Assembly: GCF_009914755.1 (NCBI RefSeq)
Contig: NC_060947.1
DNA: 64,000 bases
Reading direction: 5' to 3' (one strand)
Source: the human T2T-CHM13v2.0 reference genome, Homo sapiens
Within the stretch, counting starts at the first letter, position 1. Every line of letters starts with the position of its first letter. This document shows, in pieces, positions 32,330 to 45,791 of this stretch. The position numbers and the translations under genes are program-made. The notes under the pieces are model-generated. The model worked only from the letters and a program-made list of their open reading frames with translations, had not been told where the DNA came from and ran no database searches.

Positions 32330-32920
32330 TGAGGACAAAATAAAAGCAGCCTCTGCCTTTTGGGAGCTGGCCTGGTACCATCAGCTGGTCTTTGGCATTA
32401 CTTTGAGCTGGCCTGGCACTAACAGCTTAGCCTTGGTGTTTTCTTGTTGAACATAAACTATTTCCTAGAACACCAACATCAGGTGAGGCTGCCCGATGGC
32501 CATAGTGGATCAAAACAAAAACAAGACCATTTCATAACCAAGTTTAAACACAGACAAAACAAACATTGTCCAAGCCACATAAATGATCAAATATGTCTCT
32601 CTCCAAGTTAATATAAATGACTGCTGCTTCTTTGCCAATCACAGATTTAGCCTCATTTTAGCCTTCCTTCTAGATAAGATTTATTAAGACATTCAATCAT
32701 AGAATTACTCCTGTTTCCTTTCCATTTCAGAGCAAAGCACTACTTCCTTAAACCCTCCCCAAAGCACCTAGCAGCCCCAATCCTAAAACAAGTCTTTTCT
32801 AACATCCTCTTACTGAGATGCCCTGTGGTTCCCCAGGGTGTACATTTTCTCTCACTGCAATGAGTAATAAATCCAGCTTGTTCAACATCAGGAGTGTTCC
32901 TTGTGGTCTTTGACTGGAAT
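32330..32920 (+). mobile_element. ERV1 solo LTR (MER67/MER31-like)
   Basis: GGGAGCTGGCCTGG, TGTTGAACATAAAC, CCTTCTAGATAAGATTTATTAAGA, AATAAA near the 3' end. Confidence 0.7.
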
Positions 32921-33824
32921 GAAGGCCCAGCTTTATTCTGGTCTTAGTCCCTTTTGGCCACAATTCCCATGTGGACTTCAGCTGTGCTACCCTGGGTTGC
33001 CTTGAGGAAACACCATTCTGAATTACATACCTTAGGTTTAACCTGCCACTCTGCTTGCCATAGACCCAGAAATGGACTAACTAGTCAAATAGAGAGACAA
33101 GTAAAGTTGGAATACATTTGACAGAATGGAAACACGGGGAGGATCAGGGGTACATCATTCTTGAATTTATCCACACCATGACGTGGAACAGTGTCTATCA
33201 CATAGCAAATCCTCTATAAACCTTATACTTTCTTATTATACTTATCATTACCTCTATGATGATAATGGCAAAATGCTGATTTGCTCCTCTGGGGAGGGGA
33301 GTGGGGCAAGGACATTACACTTGTCCCCAAGAGCCTGCTAGGCCTGGATGAGTTATTTCTCTGAGGGAGGACTGGTCCAGACAAGGAACCTGCAGCTTTC
33401 TGCACTGCACATTAATTACTTCATTGATTCATTCAATGCCATTCGACATTTAGAGAATGCTGGCTATGTGCCAAATCAAATTAGGGACTACCATTTTATC
33501 AACAATAAATGCATAACTTGCCCTAAGGAAAGCAAGTGCTAACATACAGAAAAAAAGTCGACATTGTGTCACCACAGAATTCTTTTTTGGGGAATAGATT
33601 CATGGCAGGGTTCCCTTAAAATTTTAAAACAAATTGTGTGTTTAATATGATTTTATTTATCAAAAATGTGCTTTGGATGACTTTTTTGAACCTATCTTTT
33701 GTGAAGAGACACCTTCACATGACATAGGCTCCAACATTGCCTTTCTTTCCTCCACAATCCTATAAGGGGCATATATTAAAACAAAAGTGGTGAGGGAGCT
33801 TCACACGGCTATTGAGAGCACAGA

Positions 33825-34020
33825 CAAGAGCCAGGATGAGTCTGAATCTGGCGTCACTATCCACCAGCTGTTTGCCTTGGGCAGGTTAATTTGCCTCTCT
33901 ATGCTTCAGTTTCTTTGTCTGTGAAATGGAGATAATGACATTGCCTACATCACAGAATTGTGAGGATTAAATTAATTCTTGCAAAATGCTCAGAGCATTA
34001 AGTGTTAAATATGTGTTAAA
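33825..34020 (+). mobile_element. MIR SINE
   Basis: CCTTGGGCAGGTTAATTTGCCTCTCTATGCTTCAGTTTCTTTGTCTGTGAAATGGAGATAAT. Confidence 0.85.
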
Positions 34021-34569
34021 AATGAAGCACATAGGGAATTTGCAAGCAATAGCAGAAATTATGGGCCTCCTGTCCCAATCCACTGTTACTTAAATGAAGA
34101 AAGAAGTTTTGACATTCATTTATTCGTCAATCATTTGTCAGACTGCTGTGTTGCAAATAGTGAGTTAAATAGTGGGCAATATAACAGGCAGAGGCACAGA
34201 ATCTGACCACGGTGGGGAAGGGGATGAAGGGATGGTGGGAGGTGGCAATGGACATTCTTTTCTTTTTACAGTAGAGAGTCTCCCCCCATCCTCCACTCCC
34301 AGTGCTGTTTGAGAGCAAGAGCAGGCATTGTGCTTTGTGGAAGCTGAATAGCAAGATTCTAATTTCAGGGGTGATGTGAGGATAGCAGACAGATCTGAGT
34401 GTGTTCAGTGGGAGCATTCCCTCGGGCCTGCCGTGTCTCCATTCACTGACACTGATGTACAGTGACTGCCCTCTCTTCTCCTCCTTAACCAGTGGTAACT
34501 TTCTTGGGCTGAGTGTTTTGGGACCTGTGAAGGCCTTTATGTCAGCACATCTCCACAATGAATATCATA

Positions 34570-35478
34570 AGAAAAAAAGAAAGAAAAAGCAACTTAGCAA
34601 TAGAGACACATAACCCAATTTAGAAATGGGCAAAGCATTTGAAGAGACATTTCTCCAAAGAAGACACACAAATGGTCAGTAAGTACATGCCAAGATGTTT
34701 AACATCATTAGCCATCATGGAAATGCAAATCAAAACCATAAGATAACACTGCATAACCACTAGGACGGCTGTTATCATAAAGGACAGACATAGCAGGGGT
34801 TGGTGAGGGTGTGGAGGAATTGGAACCCTTATACACTGCTGGTGGGGATGTAAAATGGCACAGCCACTTTGGAAAACAGTTTGACATTTCCTCAAAGTGT
34901 TAAACATAGAGTTACCATATAACCCAGCAATCCCATCCTTAGGTATATTGCCAAGAGAAATAAAATGTGTCCATACAAAAGCCTGTGCACAAGTGTTCAT
35001 AGCAGCATTATTCGTAATAGCCAAAAAGTGGAAATAGTCCAAATATCCATCAATGGATAATTGTATAAGCAGATTGTGGTATACATATGTAAATAGAACA
35101 TTATTCAGCAATAAAAAGAAAGGCAGTCCTGATACATGCTACAATGTGGATAAACCTGGAAAACATTATACTTAGTGAAAGAAGCCAGACATAAAAGACC
35201 ACATACTGTGTGGTTCCATTATATAAACTGTCCAGAATAGGCAAATCCACAGAGACAGAGAGTAGATTGATGGCTGCCTGGTCGAGGGGAGGGCTGAGAA
35301 GAAATGAGGAGTGAATGCTAATTGGTACAAAGTTTCTTTATGAGGTGATAAAAATGTTCTAAAATTGATTGTGGTGATGGTTGTACAACTCTGTAAATAT
35401 ACTAAAAACCACTGAACTGTACACTTTAAAAGGATGAATTTTGTAGTATGTAAATTATGTCATTATATCTAAAAAGAG
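34570..35478 (+). mobile_element. L1MB 3' end
   Basis: GAAATGCAAATCAAAACC, AAGAAGCCAGACATAAAAGACCACATACTG, GGTGATAAAAATGTTCTAAAATTGATTGTGGTGATGG. Confidence 0.92.
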
Positions 35479-37769
35479 AAACTCTTAATAAAACAAGAGG
35501 AAACATTACATCTGATTAGAGCCATGTCAAGCTGTCATCCATAAAATTTAGAAATCAAAGCTCTCACCATTTTCCTTCCTTGCTCTTATCTGGGGGAGTA
35601 TTAGAGAGTGGAAGAAATCTAGAAGTGTCCTTCACTCTATTCTCCTGCTTGAAGGCAGAGAGGTTAACAGTCAGGGCTATGGATTTTAAAATGCAGCCCT
35701 CCTAATTTTAATATTCCCACATGATTATATTATGAAATTTCCCCAAAGCAGTGGAATATGAGAACAGGGTAATAAGAGTATGGGGTGCACTTAAGGTAGG
35801 GAATTCCTCAGGAGATACTTCACAGGTTTCTGCTACTGGGGAATTTCACTGCGGGAAAAGTATCCTGTTGCTAGGCAACACTGCAGCTTGGATTGAATTC
35901 ATGGTGATCAGAATGCCTCACGTAAAGTCACAATGCGTATTCCTATCTCCAGTAAGAAGAGTGCAGAAGAAAAACATTGTTTAAATTAAAAAAGGATATA
36001 ATCACAGCATTGAGAAAAATTTAAAAAATATAGGACTCACTCATATACCCCTCATTTAAACAGAACGATTACAATTTCTGTATATTTTATTAGATTCTAA
36101 TTGTTCACAAGCATACATTTTTACAGGATTATAATTGTAATGAGCACACCACCTAGCAGTCTTCTTTTTCCTTTAGTGTAGTATAAGATCTCCCTATATT
36201 CCTAAAGTTTTCCTAATTATTATTTTAAATGACCACATAGCATTCCTTTTGGTTGATGTCCCATTGTTTGCTAAACCTTTGCTAAATGTTACTGGACATT
36301 TACACTCTTTTTCATTTTCCTGTTTTTATTGAGAAATCCAGAGCACATGCCTTCTTTGAGAAGAATGTATAACACAAGAACTTGACGAGTTAAGTACTGC
36401 TCTCGATGACTATATTTAATTAGCCTTCTTTTTTTTTTTTTATAGCCGTTTGGAAATCACTTCGGAAGCCCATTTAATCCATCCAATCAGTCATTTCTCC
36501 AGAGTGGGAACACTGTCTAAATGCTTGGTTGAGTCTTAAAGCTGCCTGTGTGCCTGGCAAAGTCCTCTCTGATGGAAGCTTTGCATTTTTGAGATTGCCA
36601 GTTGCATGGGATGTGCCTGGGGGAATTAGCAAAATTATTTGAAGAGCATTCCACAGGAATGAAAAGGAATTCTCTCTACTGTAAAAAATGGGGCTCCCTC
36701 GTCACATGAAATTAATGTGCAAGAAACTGGTCAAATGTAGGGATGAAAAAGGATTACAAAAGTAAAAGGAAATTTATTGTCTTCAGCTTCAAGATTGTTG
36801 CAGTGGCTAATCAGAAGACTCACAAGGTTTAAGATTGGGGCTTCCCTTATACTTATTTGAATATCTAACGGCTTTATTTCCTTGCTGAATTGAAAAAAGG
36901 TACAGATTAGAAATCTAATGAAAATACTGTTTTATTTAAGAATGTCTGATGGTTGGGGGTTTTACATTCATAGCTTCAATAATTACCATTATCAAGACTT
37001 TCAAAAATAAGTATTTGAAAGCCATGTAGAAAAAATTGAAATAGATTTCCCAAATTAAAACAAAAAAAATGGAAATCCTCAATCAGAGTATGTGTGTTAT
37101 TTTTTAAAAATATACTTCAGATCAGAAAGGTAATGTAGTTCTGTTGTCTAAAAACCTAGCTCTTATCCCTTTGGCCTTTACCTTTCAAAACTGAAATGTT
37201 GCAAATTGATTTTGAGATGGGAAGCCCTGCTAATGTCAGTTGAATACCTACCCTGGAAATTTTTGCCATTTCAAATAGAAAAGCCTCTATAGGCTTTCTT
37301 CTGATTCAGCAGCAGCCTGCTTAGCATTAAGGAAGGGCAAGCCAGACTCCAGAGCCGGGTAATTATGGCTGAGCTCTTGGATATTCTCTTCGGGAGATAA
37401 CAAGGTCCCTTCTTCCCATATTACAAGATGCCAGGAGGAGCTTGTGCCTGGCTGCATCCTGCATTTTGAAAGCGGTTCAGCTTGGAAAGCTTTTGAAGCA
37501 TCAAGTTAAAGGTACAACCTTTGCCAAACAGAGATTGCTTTAAAAAGAAGCTGACTGAGAATATGGCTCTCAGCAAAGAATCTGCAAAGATCTTTGAGCA
37601 GGAGGCCATATTAATCATTCATGATCACGAAGATGCTGTCTAACTCGGAGCAAACATTTGTTCCAAAGGAACTAAAGCATCTTGTGTATCAGGGTGCAAT
37701 GGTTCCTCAAAATAATCAAATCAGAATTTTATAACTAGTTAGAATTAAGTGTTTGGCAACCTCTTCTAC

Positions 37770-38215
37770 TTTTTTTTTTTTAAAAAATTCTGGTTCATTG
37801 AGGTATAATTCACATTTTTATGTATACAATTCTGAATACTCTGACAAACACATATAGTCATATAACCACCACCACAATTTAGCTATAGTATATTTCCATC
37901 AATCCTAAAGTTATTTTACTCTCCTTTGTACTCAACCCTTTCTCCTACCTCCAGTCCTTGGCAACCACTAATCTGTTTTCTGTCATGACAGTTTTGCTTT
38001 TCTCAGAATGTCATATCAATGGAATCATACAGTATATGGCCTTAGAGTTTGCCTTTTTTCACTTAGCATAATGCATTTGAGATTCATCTATGTTGTTGCA
38101 TGTATTAGTAGTTTGTTCTTTTTAATTGCTTAACAGTATCTCATTGTAGAGTTGTACCACAGTTTTTTTTAATCCACTCACCAGCTGATGAATGTTTGAG
38201 TGGTTGCCCTCATTT
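37770..38215 (-). mobile_element. Old L1M (MB8/MC/ME-like) 3' fragment
   Basis: TTGAGGTATAATTCACA, CCTTGGCAACCACTAATCTGTTTTCTGTC, AATGGAATCATACAGTAT. Confidence 0.85.
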
Positions 38216-38559
38216 TACTTTTATTATTATTTTCTTTTTGCATAATGGTGTACAATTTACAAGGCTCTTTACATTTGCTTATGTCATGTTATGGAAATAT
38301 TGCATTCTAATTTTTTGATGATAATTAATCAGAGTCACAGGGAGCTTAAATGGCTTTCAAGATTTAGCAGCTGAGGTCACAGCTTCGAATTTCACTCTCC
38401 CATGCTAACCCTCTTTCCAGTATACAATACCACATCTCTGGTGTGAAATGGATATTATTGATTGAAAATCTTTATGCATTGGAACATAATAATGTACTGT
38501 ATATTTAACAGTCTTGAAAAAATAGAGACTCTAATTTTTTTAAAGAAATAAGAATCCTA

Positions 38560-38835
38560 ATTATGTCAATGCAGTGTGGGAGGATGAAAATCAAATTTGG
38601 AATCAGACAGTTTTAGATACAAATCCTGGCTATGCCAGTGATTAACTCTGCGACCTGGGGAAAATTGCTTAGCCTCCCTGAGCCTCAGTTTCCTCAGTTT
38701 CTTTATAAGAACAATGCTTTCCACCACACTGGCCTCTAAGTGATGGTAAAGTCTTGTGATGATAAAGTGAAGTTATGTGTATATGATGCATCTCACAGAG
38801 CAGCTGGAACATACTAGGCATTTCCTATGTTACTT
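38560..38835 (+). mobile_element. MIR SINE
   Basis: TGCGACCTGGGGAAAATTGCTTAGCCTCCCTGAGCCTCAGTTTCCTCA. Confidence 0.8.
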
Positions 38836-40699
38836 TATTTCTCTCTCTGCCACATGCACACACACACACACACGCACACACACACCTATCCATTGGTGTG
38901 AAAACAAAGTGCTGGCAGAACGGTGCAGTGAGGGAAAAGAATTGGAAAGGAACTAAGCCCATGATTGGAGAGGAGGAATGAAATCAGGGTACCAGTCTGT
39001 CTTAGAGTTGCAGTACTGATTGATGTGAAGGCCTTCTCCAACAGAGATGGCCTCAGTCTGTTCTAGTGACCAATCCACCTTGGAGAAAACCCTCATGGTT
39101 GCTATCTCTGACTCCTTCCCATCTTCTCTTACCCACAGTCTTTGTTTCTTGCAGAATGAGGATCTGGGCTGATCTTGGATGAAATTGCGTGAAAGGCTCA
39201 GTTTGCTGTGGCTCTGCTTTCATGCTTACAGTGCCTTCTCCTCCCAGGTCCAAGGAGAAATTTAGGATTCCCTGACTCACCAGAGCATTTCTCGTCCCTT
39301 AGTCTTATTCCTGGGAAGCCCCTGGTGCTGTCCTCAGATCCTCTTTTTCTACCATTAAAACTGCCCAGTTCTATCATTAGAAAAAACCTGATAGTGCAAC
39401 TTACCGGAAGCTCTTGACTTCCTGAACATAACTTTCTGTAATAACTAATGGTAGGTTTAAGTTATATCCTTCTCAGGAATACTTGCATTTTATCAGTAGA
39501 CACTTCTAAAAAACAGAATACTAATGTAGAATTTCAGGCAGCATGTCACAGTAGGAAGAGCACTAGATTAGCTATCAGCAAATCTGAGTTCTTCTTTTTG
39601 TGTTTTGACCAAGTTACTTTAGGACTTGAGACAAGTATCACTTCCTGTCTGAAATGGTCATGTAATATGTGTTCTACCCTTTCCGGAACATTTCACATCA
39701 TCCCATATGTCAGCCACTATGCAGCCCATTCCCAGACCAACTCTAATTATTCAAGTACCTAAATGCTCCTGGGCTATGCCATTTTTATTCATGATTACCC
39801 CTTTCTGGGCAATAAATTCTGCTTCTTTGCTCTGTGTGGGGAGCTCTGTGTAGCCTAAGGGCCACATTTACCATGGTGTTTGGCTTCTTTTCTATGCAGA
39901 AGTTATGGTGCTATGCTACAATGCCATTGGCCACTGCAGGGAAACATTGGTCTCCCTGTTGTTATTTATCAGCTGTGACCAAGTGTCCCAAGTCTCATCT
40001 GACAGAGTCTGGGGCATTTCTACCCCCATCTTACCAAAGGAGCACTATTCTTTGTACCACAAAGAATAGTGACTGATTGAAAAATAAAAATAAAAATAAA
40101 AGTTGACATACTAGGGGAACTTTGATTTTTAAAAAACGGAGGATTAGTGGAATAAATTTTTTCATAAATCTGTGATAATAGTTTTAAATTCATGTTAGAA
40201 AAATAGAGACTTTGGGAAGAAAGATCAGTGTACTCTTAGTACATTTTTCTGTAGAGTAAATCCTGTCCTTTTGAATAGAATGTAATCTAATACATTAAAA
40301 AATGTCCTGAGGCTTTTATTTTAAAGGCAGTGATATTGCTACAGGCAAAGTAATTATAACCATTAACTCCTCAAAATGTCAGTGGAGGCTTTGGCATCGA
40401 AATCCCAGAGGAATCCCAAATTGCCTAACCAGTTTTAAAATTTTAAGAATTGTATTCTTGGAGGAAAAAAGTACTTAGAGAGGGAACTCAGAAGTCTAAA
40501 TTTTGCAAGAAAGTCACAATAATTTAAACTTATTTTTCAAAATTCATTCTTATGTTGCTTTGGGGCTTTATCTTTACAGCATGTTTTATATAGTTTGAAA
40601 ATAATTCACATAGTCCCGGAACTTCAGGAGCAAACCACCATTTAGACTGTATGATTGAGAATACCACTTATTTTTCCATAAAGTGGGGGAAGTATTTAT

Positions 40700-41367
40700 T
40701 ATTATTATTATTATTATTTTAAATTTCTTTATTTTAATAGCTTTGGGGTGCAGGTGGTTTTTGGTTACATGGATGAATTGTATAGGGGTGAAGTTTCAGA
40801 TTTTAGTATTCATATCACCTGAGTAGTGTACACTGTACCCAATAGGTAGTTTTTCATCCCTCGCCCCACTCCTACCCTTCCCCCTTCTGAGTATCCAAAG
40901 TCCTTTGTACCACTCTGTATGTCTTTGCATACCCACAACTAAGTTCCTGCCCATAAGTGAGAACATGTGATATTTGGTTTTCCATTCTTGAGTTACTTCA
41001 CTTAGAATCGTGGCCTCCAGCTCCATCCAAGTTGCTGCAAAAGACATTATTTCATTCTTTTGTCTGGCTGAGCGGTATTCAATGATACATATCTATCTAT
41101 ATCTGTATCTATATCACATTTTCTTTATCCACTCATCAGTTGATGGGCACTTAGGTTTATTCCATGTATTTGCAATTGTGAATTGTACTGTGGCAAACAT
41201 ACACATGAAGCTGTCTTTTCGATATAGTACTTCTTTTTCTTTGGGTAGGTATCCAGTAGTGGGATTACTAGATTGAATGGTAGATCTACTTTTAGTTCTT
41301 TGAGACACTTCCATACTGTTTCCGATAGAGACTGTACTAATTTACATTCCCAACAGCAGTGTATAAG
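40700..41367 (-). mobile_element. L1PB (PB2-like) 3' end with (ATT)n tail
   Basis: Minus-strand ORFs SFAATWMELEATILSEVTQEWK and ANTWNKPKCPSTDEWIKKM; decayed flanking AAGTGG..GAA.TAT. Confidence 0.9.
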
Positions 41368-41635
41368 TGGAGAATATCACTTTCTTATTAACAATCTTTC
41401 ATCACAAATATTAGTAAAATAAGGCAGATATATTATGAACAAAACTGAAATTTTAAAATAGGAAATAGCTATAACTCAATTATTACTGTCATTAATTACA
41501 CTTCTTTATGATTTGTTGCCCCATTTAAGTAATGATAAACTGAAATAAAATCAGTGATTAAAATTGAAGTGGGGAAGAAAAATTCATCCATTAACTTTAT
41601 TAGGCATTTAACTAAATATGAAGGTTGATGTAAAG

Positions 41636-41747
41636 CAGAGTGAACCACACATGTGACTTACTAGGGACTTCCCTGGTCTTAGCACTGAAAGGCCCATATA
41701 TGGGAACTTCCTCTGTCCGAGGCAAACCGAGAGGGTTGATTACTCTA
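41636..41747. mobile_element. MER81 (hAT-Blackjack MITE)
   Basis: GGGACTTCCCTGGTCTTAGCACTGAAAG ... GGCAAACCGAGAGGGTTGATTACTCTA. Confidence 0.75.
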
Positions 41748-42109
41748 AATAAAGTAAAAATGCCTTGTATAATCCTAATCTCAAGAAATCTAGTCTACTA
41801 AGGGAGATGAGATAGATATGTGCAATGTGAAGTTTAATAATGAAGTAAGAATTGAATAATAGTACAGTTTTTACTTCACGTTGTTGATATGTTCTTGGAA
41901 ACTTCGACTTTAAGTGAAACAGTATAGTATAACGAAACCAGTTTTAAATTGACATAAACAAGAATAAGTTCCTACAACATATTTTTGGTCACAAAAACAT
42001 CACCAAACCTCTAAATAAAGACCCAAAACAGTTCCAATATTAAACAGTGAAATAAATGTGAGCTATAGATACATTTAAGAAAGATGAATAAAAACAAATA
42101 AGATAATTT

Positions 42110-44595
42110 TTATTTGCCTAAATTTAAGGGATACAAGTGCTGTTTTGTTACATGGATATATTGTGTAGCGGTGAAGTCTTGGCTTTCAGTGTATCCATCG
42201 CCAGAATAATGTAAACTATACCCATGAAGTAATTTCTCATCACCCATCTCCCCTGCTGCTCCCCACCATTTGGAGTATCCAGTGTCTATCATTCTACACT
42301 CTATGTCCACGTGTACACATTATTTAGCTTCCACTTATCTGTGAGAACATGTGGTATTTCATTTTATGTTTCTGAGTTGTTTCATTTAAGACAACGATCT
42401 CCAGTTCCATCCATGTTGTTGCAAAAGACATAATTTCATTCTTTATTTTTGGCTGAGTAGTATTCAATTATGTGTATATACCACATTTTCTTTTTTTAAC
42501 TTTTATTTTAGGTTTGGAGGTACAAGTGAAGGTTTGTTATATAGGTAAACCTCTGTCATAGGGGTTTGCTGTACAGATTATTTCATCACTCAGGTACTAA
42601 GCCTAGTACCCAATACTTATTTTTCCTGCTCCTCTCCCTCCTCCCAGCCTCCACCCTCAAGTAGGCCCCAGTGTCTGTTGTTTCCTTCTTTGTGTTCATA
42701 AGTTCTCATCATTTAGCTCCCACTTATAAGTGAGAACATGTGGCATTTGGTTTTGTGTTTCTGAGTTAGTTTGCTAAGAATAATAGCCTCCAGCTCCATC
42801 CATGTTCCCACGAAAGACATGATCTCGTTCCTTTTATGGCTGCACAGCATTCCATGCTGTATATGTAATCTTTTTCTTTATCCAACCATCCATTGGTGGA
42901 AACTTAAGTCGACTCCATATCTTTGCTATTGTGAATAGTAGTGGAATAAACATATGAGTGCAGGTATCTTGTTTATATAATGATTTCTTTTCCTTTTGGT
43001 AGATACCAAGTTATGGGATTACTGGATCTAATGGTAGTTCTATTTTTAGTTATTTGAGAAATAGCCATATTGTTTTTCATAGAGGTTGTACTAACTTACA
43101 TTCCTACTCACAGTGTATAAGCATTCCCTTTTCTCTGTGGCCTCACCAACATCTGTTATTTTTTGACTTTTTAATATAACTATTCTGACTGGTGTAAGAT
43201 GATACATCACTGGGGCTTTAATTTGCATTTCTCTGATGATTAGTGTGTTGAACATTTTTTTTCATATGCTTGTTGGCCATTTGTATGTCTTCTGTTAAAA
43301 AATATTTTTTCATGCCCTTTGCCCACTTTTTATTGGATTTTTAATTTTGTTGTTGCTGAGTTGTTTGAGTTTTTTGTAAATTCTGAAGTTTAGTCCCCTG
43401 TTGGATGCATAGTTTGCAAATATTTTCTCCCATTCTGCAGGTTGCCTGTTCACTCTGTTGATTATTTCTTTTGCTGTGCAGAAGCAAAGTCCCATTTGTC
43501 TATTTTGTTTTTGTTGCCCATGCTTTTGAGTCTTAGTCATGAATTCTTTGCCTATACCAATGTTTAGGAGAGTTTTCCCTAGGTTTTCTTCCGGTATTTT
43601 TAGTCTGGGGCCTTACACTTAAGTCTTTAATCCATCTTGAGTTAATTTTTGCATATGATGAGAGACAGTGGTACAGCATCATTCCACATATGGCAATCAA
43701 ATTTTCCCAGCACCATTTATTGAAAAGGGTATCCTTTCCTCAGTGTATGTTTTTGTCGACCTTGTCAAAGATCAGTCAGCTGTGCATATGTGGCTTTATT
43801 TCTGGGTTCTCTATTCTGTTCCATTGGTCTATGTGTCTATTAAATAGTGCTGTGCTGTTTTGGTTACTATAGCCATGTAGCATAATTTGAAGTGAGGTAA
43901 TGTGATTCCTCCAGCTTTGTTCTTTTTGCTTAGGACTTTTTTTTGGCTATTTGAGCCTTTTTGGGGGATCTGTACAAATTTAAGGATTTTTTTTCTAATT
44001 CTGTGAAAAATGACATTGGTATTTTGATAGGGATTGCATTGAATCTGTAGATTACTTTGGGCAATATGGACAATTTTTTTAAATTTTAACAATATTAATT
44101 CTTCCAATCCATGAGCTTGAGACATTTTTCTGTTTGTTTGTGTCATCTACAACTACTTTCATCATCATTGTTTTATAGTTTTCCTTGTAGAGAATTTTCA
44201 CCTCCTCGGTTAAATATATTCCTAAGTATTTTATTTTATTTGTAGCTATTGTAAGTGGGATTGCCTTCTTGGTTTGGGTTTCAACTTGATTATTCTTGGT
44301 GTATAGAAACACTACTAATTTTTGCACATTGATTTTGTATCCTGAAACTTTACTGAATTCATTTATCAAATCTAAGAGTTTTTTGTGGAGTCTTTAGAGT
44401 TTTCTATATATGAGATCATATCATCACTGAACAGAGATAATTTCATTTTCTATTTTCCAATTTGGAGGCCTTTTATTTCTTTCTCTTGCCTGATTGCCCT
44501 GGCTAAGACTTCTAGTACTATGCTGAATAGGAATGGTGAGAGTGGGCATCCTAGTCGTGTTCCATTTCTTAGGAGGAATGCTTTCAACTTCTCCA
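42110..44595 (-). mobile_element. L1PB3/4-like 5'-truncated element
   Basis: GATACAAGTGCTGTTTTGTTACATGGATATATTG 3' end; minus-strand ORF2 remnants ([29 protein letters not shown]). Confidence 0.9.
42491..42867 (-). mobile_element. L1PA15/16-like 3' end nested in the L1PB
   Basis: A second poly(T) and 3'UTR: TTTTAACTTTTATTTTAGGTTTGGAGGTACAAGTGAAGGTTTGTTATATAGGTAAAC, CACCCTCAAGTAGGCCCCAGTGTCTG. Confidence 0.88.
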
Positions 44596-44703
44596 CAATT
44601 ATTCTAGTTCAGGGTCGTGCGTGGCTGGAGCCTATCCCAGTAGCTCAGGAAGCAAGGTGGGATCCAAATCTGGCCAGGATGCCATTCCATCACAGGGTGT
44701 GTG

Positions 44704-44723
44704 TTTCTTTCTTTCTTTTCTTT

Positions 44724-44788
<65 letters not shown>

Positions 44789-44862
44789 TTTCCTTCTTTC
44801 CTTCCTTCCTTCCTTCCTTCCTTCCTTCCTTCCTTCCTTCCTTCCTTCTTTCTTTCCTTCTT

Positions 44863-44944
<82 letters not shown>
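44704..44944. repeat. Compound microsatellite (TTTC)n(TTCC)n(CT)n(CA)n
   Basis: About 225 bp almost purely pyrimidine, followed by CA units. Confidence 0.97.
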
Positions 44945-44946
<2 letters not shown>

Positions 44947-45269
44947 AGATTGGGACCATCTAGACATACCAATTTACCTAACATGCACATCTTTGGGATG
45001 TAAGAGGAAACTGGAGTACCTGGAGAAAACCCATGCAGACATAAGGAAAATGTCCAACTCCACACAGACAATTGCAGACAATCCCCAGCTTGGAATTGAT
45101 ATTTTCCTCATCAATCTTACAATGAAATGAGTTTATTTGAAGACCTGCTTTACTGATAACAATGTATTGTCAAAATTAGTACAAGTTATTATTATATAAA
45201 GTAATAGTTTTTTAAAATATTGAATCTTGGGAAAGACATTCAGAAGTTGAACACCTACCATGTAGTGAG

Positions 45270-45420
45270 GTGGTTATTATCTTTCTCAGAAAAATCTTCC
45301 TGAGAAAACTGGACTTTAGAGAAATTTAGTAACTTGCACTAGATTACAATGACAGTAAAGGGTTGAGGTGGAATTTGAACTCAGGTCTTTGGATTTTGAA
45401 AGTCACAATCTTCTCATTGT
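45270..45420 (-). mobile_element. MIR SINE
   Basis: TGAGAAAACTGGACTTTAGAGAAATTTAGTAACTTGC ... GGAATTTGAACTCAGGTCT. Confidence 0.75.
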
Positions 45421-45791
45421 CCCAGAAGAATCTGGAGATCACAATCTTAGCTTCTTTTCTTATACCTGAGCAGCTGAAGCCTGAACTAGTAGCCTGTGTA
45501 GCATCCTAGAACACTGCAATGACAGAGTTTGGATATAAATCCAAATTTCTTGGCTTACGGTCCAGGGCTGATGATAGCATGTAGTGACAGATCACACGGT
45601 GTGGAGTCAGCTACTGCCAGGTCTAACGCCACCTCAGAAAGTTAAGGTTTTAGGAAAATTGTATTCACTAAAATGATGTCAACTCTAGCCTTCTCCCATT
45701 TCTGCCCCATCCCACCCCCTCAACAATCCTAACAAAAGTAGCAGCAGGAAGATGAATGTTGATGTGTACTCCCTCTAGGGGCTTCATCTTC

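Larger units (their letters stand above)
41865..45150 (+). mobile_element. MER82 (TcMar-Tigger) split by L1s: 41865-42109 and about 44596-45150
   Basis: GTTCTTGGAAACTTCGACTTTAAGTGAAAC and GGTCACAAAAACATCACCAAAC in the left part; TAGTTCAGGGTCGTGCGTGGCTGGAGCCTATCCC in the right part; TA on both outer flanks. Confidence 0.85.

Noticed and set aside
34127-34558. 143-aa minus-strand ORF, and the 131-aa ORF at 56061-56456
   Set aside because: No recognisable domain or supporting exon structure; lengths are compatible with chance.
44385-45130. Five overlapping ORFs of 82-192 aa
   Set aside because: Artefacts of a stop-free microsatellite (SFFL / ERKK repeats).
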